Counted from the stretch's first letter, positions 1-7,048 are shown. The stretch is 32,000 nt of DNA from Candidatus Saccharimonadota bacterium (GCA_000503915.1 CP006915.1:813465-845464); one strand, 5' to 3'. Translations and numbers: made by a program. Notes: generated by a model from the letters alone, not told the origin.

Positions 1-732
1 CATAAAACTCATAATTTCACCTAAAAGTTCTTTTGTAATATCATTCCCAGAACCAGTATGTTTTTGAACTATGTAGAGTAATTTAGAAGCAAGATATTCA
101 TATGGTAGTTCGTGCACGTGATCATCAACTTCAAGTGTTTTCGCGATTTCTATTAATTCGGATCGTATATGCTCATCAAGGGTACTCCATGTATGGCCAT
201 TGTCATATGGCTGTTCATCGAACTTAACTCTCTTAAAGAATTTATGAATATCCCTTTGTGTGTTTAAAGCCTTTATGTCCAGCTTCGTTTTAAGTTCATC
301 TGCTGCCGCTCGAACAGGTGCGGTCATTGTGATACCTAATCTGAGCCTATTAGCTGGGCCAATATAGTTATTAATACCGACTCCCAATCCGTTACTAAAG
401 CTTATGAAACCGTCAAAATCTGGTGATTGCTTGGAGTACTCTAGAAATGCCAAAATTACATCCCTAACTTCAGAAGATTGGCCCTTCTTCTTACCTGAGC
501 TAGTTGAGTCATTTTTAAATGATTCGCCGGTTTTAACCTCGTACACTCTTTCTTTTATCGTATCTCCTGATCCCACTCTTATTAAGATGTCTAGCGAGAG
601 CTGATTCTCTTCGATAGGAAAGTCAGTATAAAGTTCACGGATTGTTCCTTCTCGTAATTCTTTCAAAAATAAAAGACAAGCCATCTTATCCTGATAGCAG
701 AATCCCAGTCGAGAAGCATATATGGAAGACAT
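1..732 (-). CDS. Partial CDS (N-terminal 244 codons; the C-terminus lies beyond the left edge). PD-(D/E)xK nuclease-like protein whose N-terminus resembles Cap4/DUF4297-type defence nucleases.
   Basis: Hand translation of the minus strand: ATG at 732-730, open in frame to base 1 (MSSIYASRLGFCYQDKMACLLFLKEL...LDILIRV...ERVYEVKTGE...). It has a GFxYQ motif followed by D...E-x-K spacing. It is absent from the ORF track because it runs off the edge. It is AT-rich compared with the flanking core genes. Confidence 0.5.
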   Translation of the reverse strand, partial: MSSIYASRLGFCYQDKMACLLFLKELREGTIRELYTDFPIEENQLSLDILIRVGSGDTIKERVYEVKTGESFKNDSTSSGKKKGQSSEVRDVILAFLEYSKQSPDFDGFISFSNGLGVGINNYIGPANRLRLGITMTAPVRAAADELKTKLDIKALNTQRDIHKFFKRVKFDEQPYDNGHTWSTLDEHIRSELIEIAKTLEVDDHVHELPYEYLASKLLYIVQKHTGSGNDITKELLGEIMSFM

Positions 733-760
733 CTAAACTAATTATACAATCTTATTAACA

Positions 761-789
761 GAAAACAGCGAGACTTACTCGCTGTTTTC
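761..789 (-). terminator. 12-bp perfect hairpin downstream of the minus-strand tRNA-Gln, probably an intrinsic terminator.
   Basis: GAAAACAGCGAG / CTCGCTGTTTTC arms with a 5-nt loop. On the minus strand it is followed by TGTTAAT. It sits between the tRNA-Gln 3' end (823) and the TATAAT box of the next minus-strand gene. Confidence 0.5.
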
Positions 790-822
790 TGAGCCCATTT
801 GGGTCACCTTTGATGTACTACT

Positions 823-896
823 TGGCTGGGGATGAGGGATTCGAACCCCCGATCACGGGACCAGAACCCGATGCCTTACCGCTTGGCTAATCCCCA
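823..896 (-). tRNA. tRNA-Gln (anticodon CTG), CCA encoded.
   Basis: The reverse complement is TGGGGATTAGCCAAGCGGTAAGGCATCGGGTTCTGGTCCCGTGATCGGGGGTTCGAATCCCTCATCCCCAGCCA. It folds as a cloverleaf with U1-A72, anticodon loop TTCTGGT and T-loop TTCGAAT, and closely resembles E. coli tRNA-Gln from memory. Confidence 0.9.
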
Positions 897-926
897 ATAC
901 TAAATTATTATACCGTAAATGTGCAG

Positions 927-1115
927 TGGGGTTCGAATGGATTCGACCGACGTTCCGCCGGCTCGAAACTTCGCGACTGAAAGCGCAGCTTTCATCGGAA
1001 GGTTTCCTTGCGAATTGCCACCGGCAATCCTCACCCCGATCACGGGACTCTGGACCTCGGTGCCTTACCCCCGCCTGTCTGTCCGACAGGACGGGCAGGA
1101 CTTGGCTAATCCCCA
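927..1115 (-). pseudogene. tRNA-Gln-derived element (degenerate tandem copy) with a 32-nt hairpin module in the D-loop and a roughly 92-nt structured insertion in the T-arm region. Function unknown.
   Basis: The minus-strand read starts TGGGGATTAGCCAAG, identical to the first 15 nt of the neighbouring tRNA-Gln. After a 33-nt insert it continues TAAGGCA..TCCCGTGATCGGGG (14/14 with tRNA-Gln), then about 92 nt, and ends TCGAATCCATTCGAACCCCAC. The anticodon stem does not pair and no CCA is encoded. Confidence 0.5.
1068..1099 (+). repeat. GC-rich hairpin module, copy 1 (CCCCCGCCTGTCTGTCCGACAGGACGGGCAGG).
   Basis: Near-identical to 26154-26184 (2 differences) and shares its ends with 24941-24967. 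The stem GCCTGTCTG/CAGGACGGGC contains G-U pairs only when read on the plus strand. Confidence 0.8.
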
Positions 1116-1154
1116 ATAGTTCACGCTAAATTGTACACGAAATAGCCGCTTATC

Positions 1155-1667
1155 TCAAGAGGCGGCGGCGCGACGACGTTCATGAATCACTACATACACA
1201 TAAGCGCTTGCAAGTACCAAGCTCCAGAGTACGGCAATAATTCCGCCAGGTAGCGCCAATGTGTCGCCAAACAGAGCACTATTTTCGGCGTGAGCGTTGG
1301 TGAGCGAAGTAAACAGCCAAAATAATACGACCGCCCCGCCCAAAGCTGCGCTGAGCACTCTCATCAGAGAGCTCAATTTCATACCCAGTAAGTACGGCAA
1401 AGCAAAAAGCTCAGCTGCGGTAACAAGCGCCGTACTTATCGCTACTAATTGCTGGTCATTATACGCCAGTACGAGCGCCAAGATGGAAGCAAAGTTCTCA
1501 AACGAGAACAGCTGAGCCAGAAGCATCAGCACCAACATCCCGGTCGCCAGCCAAGCGGCGTACTGCACCCGAACCGGTCGGAGCGGCGGATAGTGAGCAA
1601 TGACAGCTTTCATACTCCCAGTATATAGGCGATGCGCTCCGAAGAAAAGTGTTGTTATTTTCATCAA
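1155..1667 (-). CDS. Integral membrane protein (about 4 TM; tentatively DoxX/MauE-like).
   Basis: ORF-track 170-aa ORF with repeated hydrophobic segments. The likely true start is the ATG at 1613 (MKAVIAHY...), preceded by GGGAG. Confidence 0.6.
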   Translation of the reverse strand: MMKITTLFFGAHRLYTGSMKAVIAHYPPLRPVRVQYAAWLATGMLVLMLLAQLFSFENFASILALVLAYNDQQLVAISTALVTAAELFALPYLLGMKLSSLMRVLSAALGGAVVLFWLFTSLTNAHAENSALFGDTLALPGGIIAVLWSLVLASAYVYVVIHERRRAAAS

Positions 1668-1901
1668 TATGCTTGCGCTTTTTTTTAGCAGCAGGTAGAG
1701 TAATGCACAGCGATGTTACAAAAACAAACACTCCTATGAAAAGGTTGTGACAGCTCGCTCTACGACATCCACCACAACAAGACAAGAGGGGCCAGATGCC
1801 CCTCTTGCTCTTTTTTGAAATAAATTCAAAAAAGAGGCCACTCCTCCTAAAGCTCGGCTTACACCTCGTTCGCTTCGCTCATTTCATATTCTTGCCGAGT
1901 T

Positions 1902-2564
1902 CTACTCGGAGCGTTTTAGTTTACGGCTATTTTCCGTTCGCCACTTAGCGATTTCACCATGGTGACCATTCAAAAGTACGTCGGGTACCTTCATGCCCCG
2001 GAACTCAGCGGGGCGTGTGTATTGCGGAAATTCGAGAGTCTCCCCATCGCTGAAGCTTTCGATTTCAGCGCTTGATTCACCACCAAGTACGCCGGGGATC
2101 AAGCGGACAATACTATCGATAATCGTCATGGCTGGCAGTTCCCCACCCGTTAATACATAATCACCAACGCTAATTTCAGCGTCAACCAGCGCCAGAATAC
2201 GCTCATCATAACCTTCATAGCGGCCGCATATAAAGATATATCCCTGTCCGGAGTTTGCGTATTCTTGCGCGCTACTCTGCTGCCAGCGGTCACCGCGCGG
2301 TGTCATAAGCAGCACTTTTGCGTCCGGATCGTTCTGCTTTGCCTTTTCGATGGCCGCGAATAGCGGCTCGGGCTTGAGCAGCATACCATCACCGCCACCA
2401 TATGGCGTGTCGTCAACCTGCCGACGCGGCCCAAGCCCAAAATCACGTAGATTAATCGTTGATAGCTCGACGATACTGTCCTTCTGCGCTTTCCACATCA
2501 TGGAGTTTTCAAATACGCCCGTAAACATTTCGGGAAATAGCGTAATGACTTGGAATTTTCTCAT
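1902..2564 (-). CDS. trmD: tRNA (guanine37-N1)-methyltransferase.
   Basis: 220 aa, MRKFQVITLFPEMF...YGGGDGMLLKPEP...GRYEGYDERI...GGELPAM, typical TrmD motifs along the full length. Confidence 0.95.
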   Translation of the reverse strand: MRKFQVITLFPEMFTGVFENSMMWKAQKDSIVELSTINLRDFGLGPRRQVDDTPYGGGDGMLLKPEPLFAAIEKAKQNDPDAKVLLMTPRGDRWQQSSAQEYANSGQGYIFICGRYEGYDERILALVDAEISVGDYVLTGGELPAMTIIDSIVRLIPGVLGGESSAEIESFSDGETLEFPQYTRPAEFRGMKVPDVLLNGHHGEIAKWRTENSRKLKRSE

Positions 2565-2584
2565 CTGTTCTACTCTAGCAGCTA

Positions 2585-2613
2585 TTGACTTTTTTGTCTA
2601 TATTTGATATAAT
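2585..2613 (+). promoter_or_regulatory. Sigma-70-type promoter (TTGACT, 17-nt spacer, TATAAT).
   Basis: Near-consensus hexamers read directly: TTGACT at 2585-2590 and TATAAT at 2608-2613, about 68 nt upstream of the ATG at 2681. Confidence 0.55.
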
Positions 2614-2680
2614 ATATACACTTTTGCTCAAGCTATCTTCGGGCGAAAGGTCACCCTTACTTCGAGACTAGGAGACCTCG

Positions 2681-2881
2681 ATGGATCAACCAGCAGCTCC
2701 TCTGCCGTCCTGGACATTTGTCCTCGCCAGCATTACGCTCGGAGCATTTGGCGCCTACGCCTTGTTCCTGAACATCAGCATCCGTCCGATCTCCTGGATT
2801 GGCACGGCTGCCTCCGCGGTTCTGATTTGCAGCTCCGTTCCGGTTATTATCTGGACACGGCGTAGCCGGAAATCGCGATGA
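2681..2881 (+). CDS. Small two-TM membrane protein (66 aa), hypothetical.
   Basis: AGGAGA lies 5 nt upstream of the ATG. Two clear hydrophobic helices are followed by a basic tail (TRRSRKSR). It has its own strong promoter and a downstream terminator. Confidence 0.55.
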   Translation: MDQPAAPLPSWTFVLASITLGAFGAYALFLNISIRPISWIGTAASAVLICSSVPVIIWTRRSRKSR

Positions 2882-2973
2882 CTCCCGCCCGCCCACCGAA
2901 CGCCCGCAGTCGAGCCTCAAAGCTCCTGCGAGACCCGGTTGCGGGCGTTCTTTATGTCGAAAATTTATCAATC

Positions 2974-3003
2974 AAAAACCCGCCGAAAAGTAGGCGGGTT
3001 TTT
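2974..3003. terminator. Bidirectional intrinsic terminator.
   Basis: AAAAACCCGCC-gaaaagta-GGCGGGTTTTT lies between the convergent 2681..2881 (+) and 3104..3535 (-) genes. Confidence 0.7.
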
Positions 3004-3103
3004 AAACATATAAGGCTCTCAACCTTGCCCGGTAGAGAATTCTACTAGGTCTTAAGTTGCTCGCATAGAGCTCAGTTCTCGCAGGTGTTTGAACTAGTGC
3101 TTA

Positions 3104-3535
3104 TTATATATCAAGGTCGTCGAGTTCGGCAAGTTCTTTACGCGACTTTTTTGCGTAATCTGACTCGTCGTTATTTTGTGAGTTTTCCACAACTTCATCA
3201 TCATCGTCATCTGTTGCAGTAACGGGTCGGTCATCCACAGGCTGGCTTGATGGTTCATCTGATGACATCGTATAGCTCTCGCGCTGGTCGTCATTGTTGA
3301 CGATCTTGAGGTTGTAACGCGCGTCATTCTTTGTACCCAAGGCGCGCAGCAGTGTACGCAGGCTTTGGGCAGTCATACCGCGCTTTCCGATCACCCGGCC
3401 CAAGTCCTCAGGGTTGACGGTAAGCGTTAGCAGTACGCCTTTTTCATCGATGATCCGGTCGATCGTTACGTCTCCTGGATGCTCGACGAGTGATTTGACG
3501 ATGTACTCGACAAATTGTTGGTCTATGGTTGTCAT
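3104..3535 (-). CDS. KH-domain RNA-binding protein (YlqC/UPF0109-like) with a long acidic C-terminal tail.
   Basis: N-terminus VEYIVKSLVEHPGDVTI...VNPEDLGRVIGKRGMTAQSLRTLL (the GxxG KH motif). GGAGGAGGG ribosome-binding site upstream. It occupies the conserved position between rpsP and trmD. Confidence 0.85.
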   Translation of the reverse strand: MTTIDQQFVEYIVKSLVEHPGDVTIDRIIDEKGVLLTLTVNPEDLGRVIGKRGMTAQSLRTLLRALGTKNDARYNLKIVNNDDQRESYTMSSDEPSSQPVDDRPVTATDDDDDEVVENSQNNDESDYAKKSRKELAELDDLDI

Positions 3536-3645
3536 GATTGCCCTCCTCCGGTCGCTCTATAACTCTACTGTCGTACGAGGCTATTATAACACCAGCGAGC
3601 CGAATGAAGCGAAAGTTTACTTGCGCCTCTCTAGGTGACCTGGTG

Positions 3646-4149
3646 TTATTTTACATTCGAAAGCCAGCCAGAGGCCGCGGTATTTACCCACACATAGAGC
3701 GAGCTTGAGCCAAGGCCAAGACTGGCACAAATAGAGGTTGGGTTATTCGACGAAAGATTGGTTGGTGCCGTTTGCAGCTTGCCATCGTCCTTAATGTAAT
3801 AGGTATTGCCCGTTTTGCTTTGGCCGACAATCGCCATCGTTTGACCCGTCGAGTCCTGGACGCAGTAAAGCATGGCATTATTCGTCGTCACGTAGCTATC
3901 GGTATTCACCCGGGCATTCGTAATCGTCATAAACGAAGTCTGGTCAACCGGATACTTATAGCTATTCGCCACATAGTAGGCATTTAGAGAATCGGCAAGA
4001 CCCGATATATTACTCTGTACGCGCGTGTCATGGGCACGGCTCTGTACACCCGCGTAGGAAACAGTAGTAATTCCTGCCAATATTCCTATGACGACGATGA
4101 CGATGAGCAGTTCGACAATCGTAAAGCCAACAAAAAAGCGCTTATGCAT
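3646..4149 (-). CDS. Type IV pilin-like protein (prepilin-type N-terminal cleavage/methylation domain).
   Basis: MHKRFFVGFTIVELLIVIVVIGILAGI... is the classic G-F-T-x-x-E-L hydrophobic N-terminus. The start was moved to the ATG at 4149 inside the track ORF 3646..4200. Confidence 0.8.
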   Translation of the reverse strand: MHKRFFVGFTIVELLIVIVVIGILAGITTVSYAGVQSRAHDTRVQSNISGLADSLNAYYVANSYKYPVDQTSFMTITNARVNTDSYVTTNNAMLYCVQDSTGQTMAIVGQSKTGNTYYIKDDGKLQTAPTNLSSNNPTSICASLGLGSSSLYVWVNTAASGWLSNVK

Positions 4150-4183
4150 ACCGTTATTGTAGCACGTCTGCCTGCCCAGAATG

Positions 4184-5162
4184 CTACTGTGGACCAGCAC
4201 TGGCTAAGCTTTGAACCTCACTGCTGCCGAGCGGGCGATTATATATTCTCACATCGTCAATGGTGCTTGCCAGGAAGGCCGAAACAGTCCCGTTTCCGCC
4301 CCTGGCAGCAATACGTAATGCATTGGCATTTGAAGCAAAGTTTCCGGAACCGCTCAAAGTATACTGCCAAGAACCGTTCAAATACCCTTTGATAGTCGTC
4401 CCATCATAAGTAATGACAAAATGCGACCATTGAGCACTGCTCGCCACCATCCCTGTATTGCGCCATGCCCAGCCCGGAGAGGTGTTGGCAAATGCATAGT
4501 AAATGCTACCATCCGAAATAAGCGCTACTTCGTAACTATTTTCTTTATTCATAATTATACAGGGAGTAGTGACGGTACAGCCGCTTATACTTACTGGTTT
4601 TAGCCATGCAGCCAAGGTAACGCCAGGAGCACCAACTCGAAGGTTGGCGTTATCATTAATATGGATGTAGTCGGAGGTTCCATTAAATACATAGGCCATA
4701 CCGCTCGCACCATTTGCATTGGTAGTTGTAATGGCACCATCCACCGTACCATTATTACCACCCAAGGAGTTATCGGTACCATTGCCGTTCAATTTCCACC
4801 AACCCACAATACCACCACTTTCTGTACACGTGCCTGAGTCCAGTGAACTGCCGGTCGTATAATGACTCACGCTTCCTGACGTGGCGGAAAGACAGTAGGT
4901 CGCCCCATCCGTCCCGTATTGATACGTGACTACCGATGAAGCCACGTCAATATCAGACAAAGCCGAGGGATAAGTACTATTTTCCACCTTATTAAAGAGC
5001 GAGGTTTCGATTGACTTGAGTTAAAGCAGCGTCGACAGTTGTGGAACGAGCTCTATCCTGAGTACCGTTATACGCCAGAATCACAACCGTGGCCAAGATA
5101 GCAATGATCACGATAACAATAAGGAGCTCAACAATTGTAAAACCTCTTACGTTTTTTGCCAT
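4184..5162 (-). pseudogene. Type IV pilin-like protein with a C-terminal LamG (concanavalin-A-like) domain, interrupted by a 1-nt frameshift.
   Basis: A 56-codon ORF at 5162..4992 (MAKNVRGFTIVELLIVIVIIAILA...AAL TQVNRNLAL stop) carries the prepilin N-terminus. The 267-aa track ORF (GTG at 4987) lacks a signal sequence, and its frame is open upstream to 5020, reading LKSIETSLFNKVENSTYP. That is the expected continuation of a pilin helix. Confidence 0.7.
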
Positions 5163-5197
5163 AGCATAACTATATCACTAACAATTACCTAAAATAG

Positions 5198-5219
5198 AAT
5201 ACCCGGCAGGCCGGGTATT
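5198..5219 (-). terminator. Hairpin downstream of rpsP.
   Basis: AATACCCGGC-ag-GCCGGGTATT, followed on the minus strand by a T-rich tract (CTATTTTA). Confidence 0.5.
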
Positions 5220-5253
5220 TAAGAAACTTGCCTTATGTACACTATTCTGTTTT

Positions 5254-5664
5254 TTATTCCGCTGTATCAGGGGTTGTTTCTGGCTCGACAGTTGTTTCTG
5301 TTTCGGGCTCGGCTTCGGCCGGTGCTGCTTCGGCTACTGGCGCTTCTTTTGGCTGGTTTTTACGCAGTTTTTCGGCATTCTTGAGTGACCTTTTCTTGTC
5401 GGTCGCAGGCTCTCTCACCCAGGTTGGCAGTTTGACGCCAGCGTCTTTTAGCAGTTTGACGACACGCGGCGTTGGCTGAGCGCCATTGTCGAGGTATTTT
5501 TGAGCGGCTTCGACTTGAACCGAAGCTTCTTTGGTGTGGGGGTTGTAGCTACCAACATAGGCAACCACGCGGCCACTTGATGGATGACGCTGCGCTTCCT
5601 GAACAGCGAGGCGATAAACGGGATAGCCTTTGCGGCCGACACGTTGCAAACGAATTGCGAGCAT
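5254..5664 (-). CDS. rpsP: 30S ribosomal protein S16 with a low-complexity C-terminal extension.
   Basis: MLAIRLQRVGRKGYPVYRLAVQEA...GSYNPH is a canonical S16 N-terminus. The tail is A/E/P/T-rich. Confidence 0.95.
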   Translation of the reverse strand: MLAIRLQRVGRKGYPVYRLAVQEAQRHPSSGRVVAYVGSYNPHTKEASVQVEAAQKYLDNGAQPTPRVVKLLKDAGVKLPTWVREPATDKKRSLKNAEKLRKNQPKEAPVAEAAPAEAEPETETTVEPETTPDTAE

Positions 5665-5716
5665 AAAAACAAAACTTCCTTTTTACTCTTTAAGTCTTTT
5701 ATAGTACTTCTAGTGA

Positions 5717-5745
5717 ATTTTACTCTATTACAGAGGTAACGTCAA
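5717..5745 (-). promoter_or_regulatory. Promoter for rpsP (TTGACG, 17-nt spacer, TAAAAT on the minus strand).
   Basis: The reverse complements of 5740-5745 and 5717-5722 give TTGACG and TAAAAT with a 17-nt spacer. An AAGGAAG ribosome-binding site precedes the rpsP ATG. Confidence 0.5.
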
Positions 5746-5814
5746 CCCTGTAGTAGACTTTTCGAGAACTTCGTTATGTCGCTACACGACAATCTCGAAA
5801 AGCTCACTACAGGG
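5746..5814. repeat. Long imperfect inverted repeat between rnc and rpsP.
   Basis: CCCTGTAGT-AG-ACTTTTCGAGA ... TCTCGAAAAG-CTC-ACTACAGGG, with about 20-bp arms around a roughly 25-nt loop. Confidence 0.5.
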
Positions 5815-5822
5815 TCAATCTG

Positions 5823-6551
5823 TTAAGACGCAAAACTGTCGGGGTGTTCACTCTGGTAGCGTTCGAGCGCTGCTCGGGCGGCTTGTTGTTGGGCAATTTG
5901 TTTGCTGTGTCCTTTACCCTTACCCTTCATTTTGGCGTTCACAAAGACACCGAGCGTAAACAACTTGTCATGATCGGGACCGATCTCCTCGAGCACTTTA
6001 TACTGTGGTGTGGCGCCATCGATGCGCTGCGAGACTTCCTGCAGATGCGACTTTGGGTCGCGCCAGCTACCCTCTTCGAGGATGGGCTCCAGTTTGCTGG
6101 CGATGTGTTTCAAAATAAAGCTTTCGGCATCTTTGTAGCCGCGCTCCAGATAGATCGCACCAATGACGGCCTCAAACGAATTCGCCAAGATCTGTTGGCG
6201 CGCTCGTTCACTGCCGTGCTTCTCGCCTTTGCTCATACGTAGCAAGGACTCGTAACCCAGCTTATCGCCGGCTTCACCGATACTTTCCGTCCGCACCAGT
6301 GCAGCGCGCCAGCTGGTCAATGTACCCTCCGGTTCGCTGTAATTGTTGTAGAGAAAGTCGGTAACGGCCAGCTCCAACACTGCATCACCGAGGAACTCCA
6401 AACGCTCATTGTGCTCAGACACACTTTTTTTGTGTTCGTTGACGTAGCTTCGGTGCGTGAGAGCCGTGACGAGGAGATCAATATTCTTAAATTCAAAACC
6501 CAGCTTCTCGCGAGCAAATTCTTGGTAGGGAGCTACGGACATACCTGACAT
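5823..6551 (-). CDS. rnc: Ribonuclease III.
   Basis: The NERLEFLGDAVLE signature plus a C-terminal dsRBD. The start overlaps the upstream stop by 1 nt (TAATG). Confidence 0.95.
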   Translation of the reverse strand: MSGMSVAPYQEFAREKLGFEFKNIDLLVTALTHRSYVNEHKKSVSEHNERLEFLGDAVLELAVTDFLYNNYSEPEGTLTSWRAALVRTESIGEAGDKLGYESLLRMSKGEKHGSERARQQILANSFEAVIGAIYLERGYKDAESFILKHIASKLEPILEEGSWRDPKSHLQEVSQRIDGATPQYKVLEEIGPDHDKLFTLGVFVNAKMKGKGKGHSKQIAQQQAARAALERYQSEHPDSFAS

Positions 6552-7048
6552 TACAGATTCTCCTGGCGAATTCGTTTCATCCCGAGCAGCATCAGCTTGC
6601 CGATGTCTTCGTACTCAATAGCATCGAGCGCATCGCTAAATGAAAACCATTTGATACCGTTCATCCATTCTTCCTTCTTAATCGCGTTGGTATTACCCAT
6701 CGCTTTTACAAGGTAGATTTGTGTCGTCATGAGCACCAACTTGTCGATGCGGCGATAACGGAAATGGATTTTGCCGAGCCAACCGAGGACTTCCACCTCT
6801 GTTAGTCCAGCCTCTTCACCAATCTCACGCTTTGCAGTCTCCTGCGCGGTTTCACCTGGTTCAATATGTCCTTTCGGAATCGTCCAGCGGTCTTTGGCGT
6901 CTTGAATCAGCAGGATCTCTATCTCGCCCTGTTTGTTGCGACGATAAACCACCCCGCCAGCCGTCGGCTCGCGCACGATTTCCTGAATAGAGGGTTTTTT
7001 ACCGCGATTAAAATATTTCTTGAATTTACCGAGTTGAGGTGTTGGCAT
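6551..7048 (-). CDS. NUDIX hydrolase.
   Basis: Nudix box GHIEPGETAQETAKREIGEEAGL. Confidence 0.9.
   Translation of the reverse strand: MPTPQLGKFKKYFNRGKKPSIQEIVREPTAGGVVYRRNKQGEIEILLIQDAKDRWTIPKGHIEPGETAQETAKREIGEEAGLTEVEVLGWLGKIHFRYRRIDKLVLMTTQIYLVKAMGNTNAIKKEEWMNGIKWFSFSDALDAIEYEDIGKLMLLGMKRIRQENL

Noticed and set aside
927-1115. A tmRNA (ssrA) gene on the plus strand, suggested by the 5' sequence GGGGTTCGAATGGATTCGAC.
   Set aside because: There is no T-arm followed by an acceptor strand and ACCA at the 3' end, and no plausible tag reading frame ending in ..AA-stop. The element is only about 190 nt long before the next gene. The GGATTCGAC motif is equally well explained as the reverse complement of a T-loop-like GTCGAATCC in a tRNA-Gln-derived sequence.
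853-1129. Track ORFs 853..1116 (-), 919..1119 (+) and 926..1129 (+).
   Set aside because: They lie entirely within tRNA-Gln and the tRNA-derived structured element. They have no ribosome-binding sites, and their composition is driven by RNA structure.
1498-1785. The 95-aa Cys-rich minus-strand ORF upstream of the membrane protein gene.
   Set aside because: It overlaps the better-supported membrane-protein ORF in another frame and spans a terminator-like hairpin (AAGAGGGGC..GCCCCTCTT at about 1781-1806).
2657-2971. The 104-aa minus-strand ORF, and the idea that 2640-2980 encodes RNase P RNA or tmRNA.
   Set aside because: The ORF is antisense to a better-supported small membrane ORF that has its own promoter and ribosome-binding site, and its product is Arg/Gly-rich low complexity. 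I could not find RNase P (GAGGAAAGTCC, ACAGAA..GGCTTA) or tmRNA signatures on either strand.
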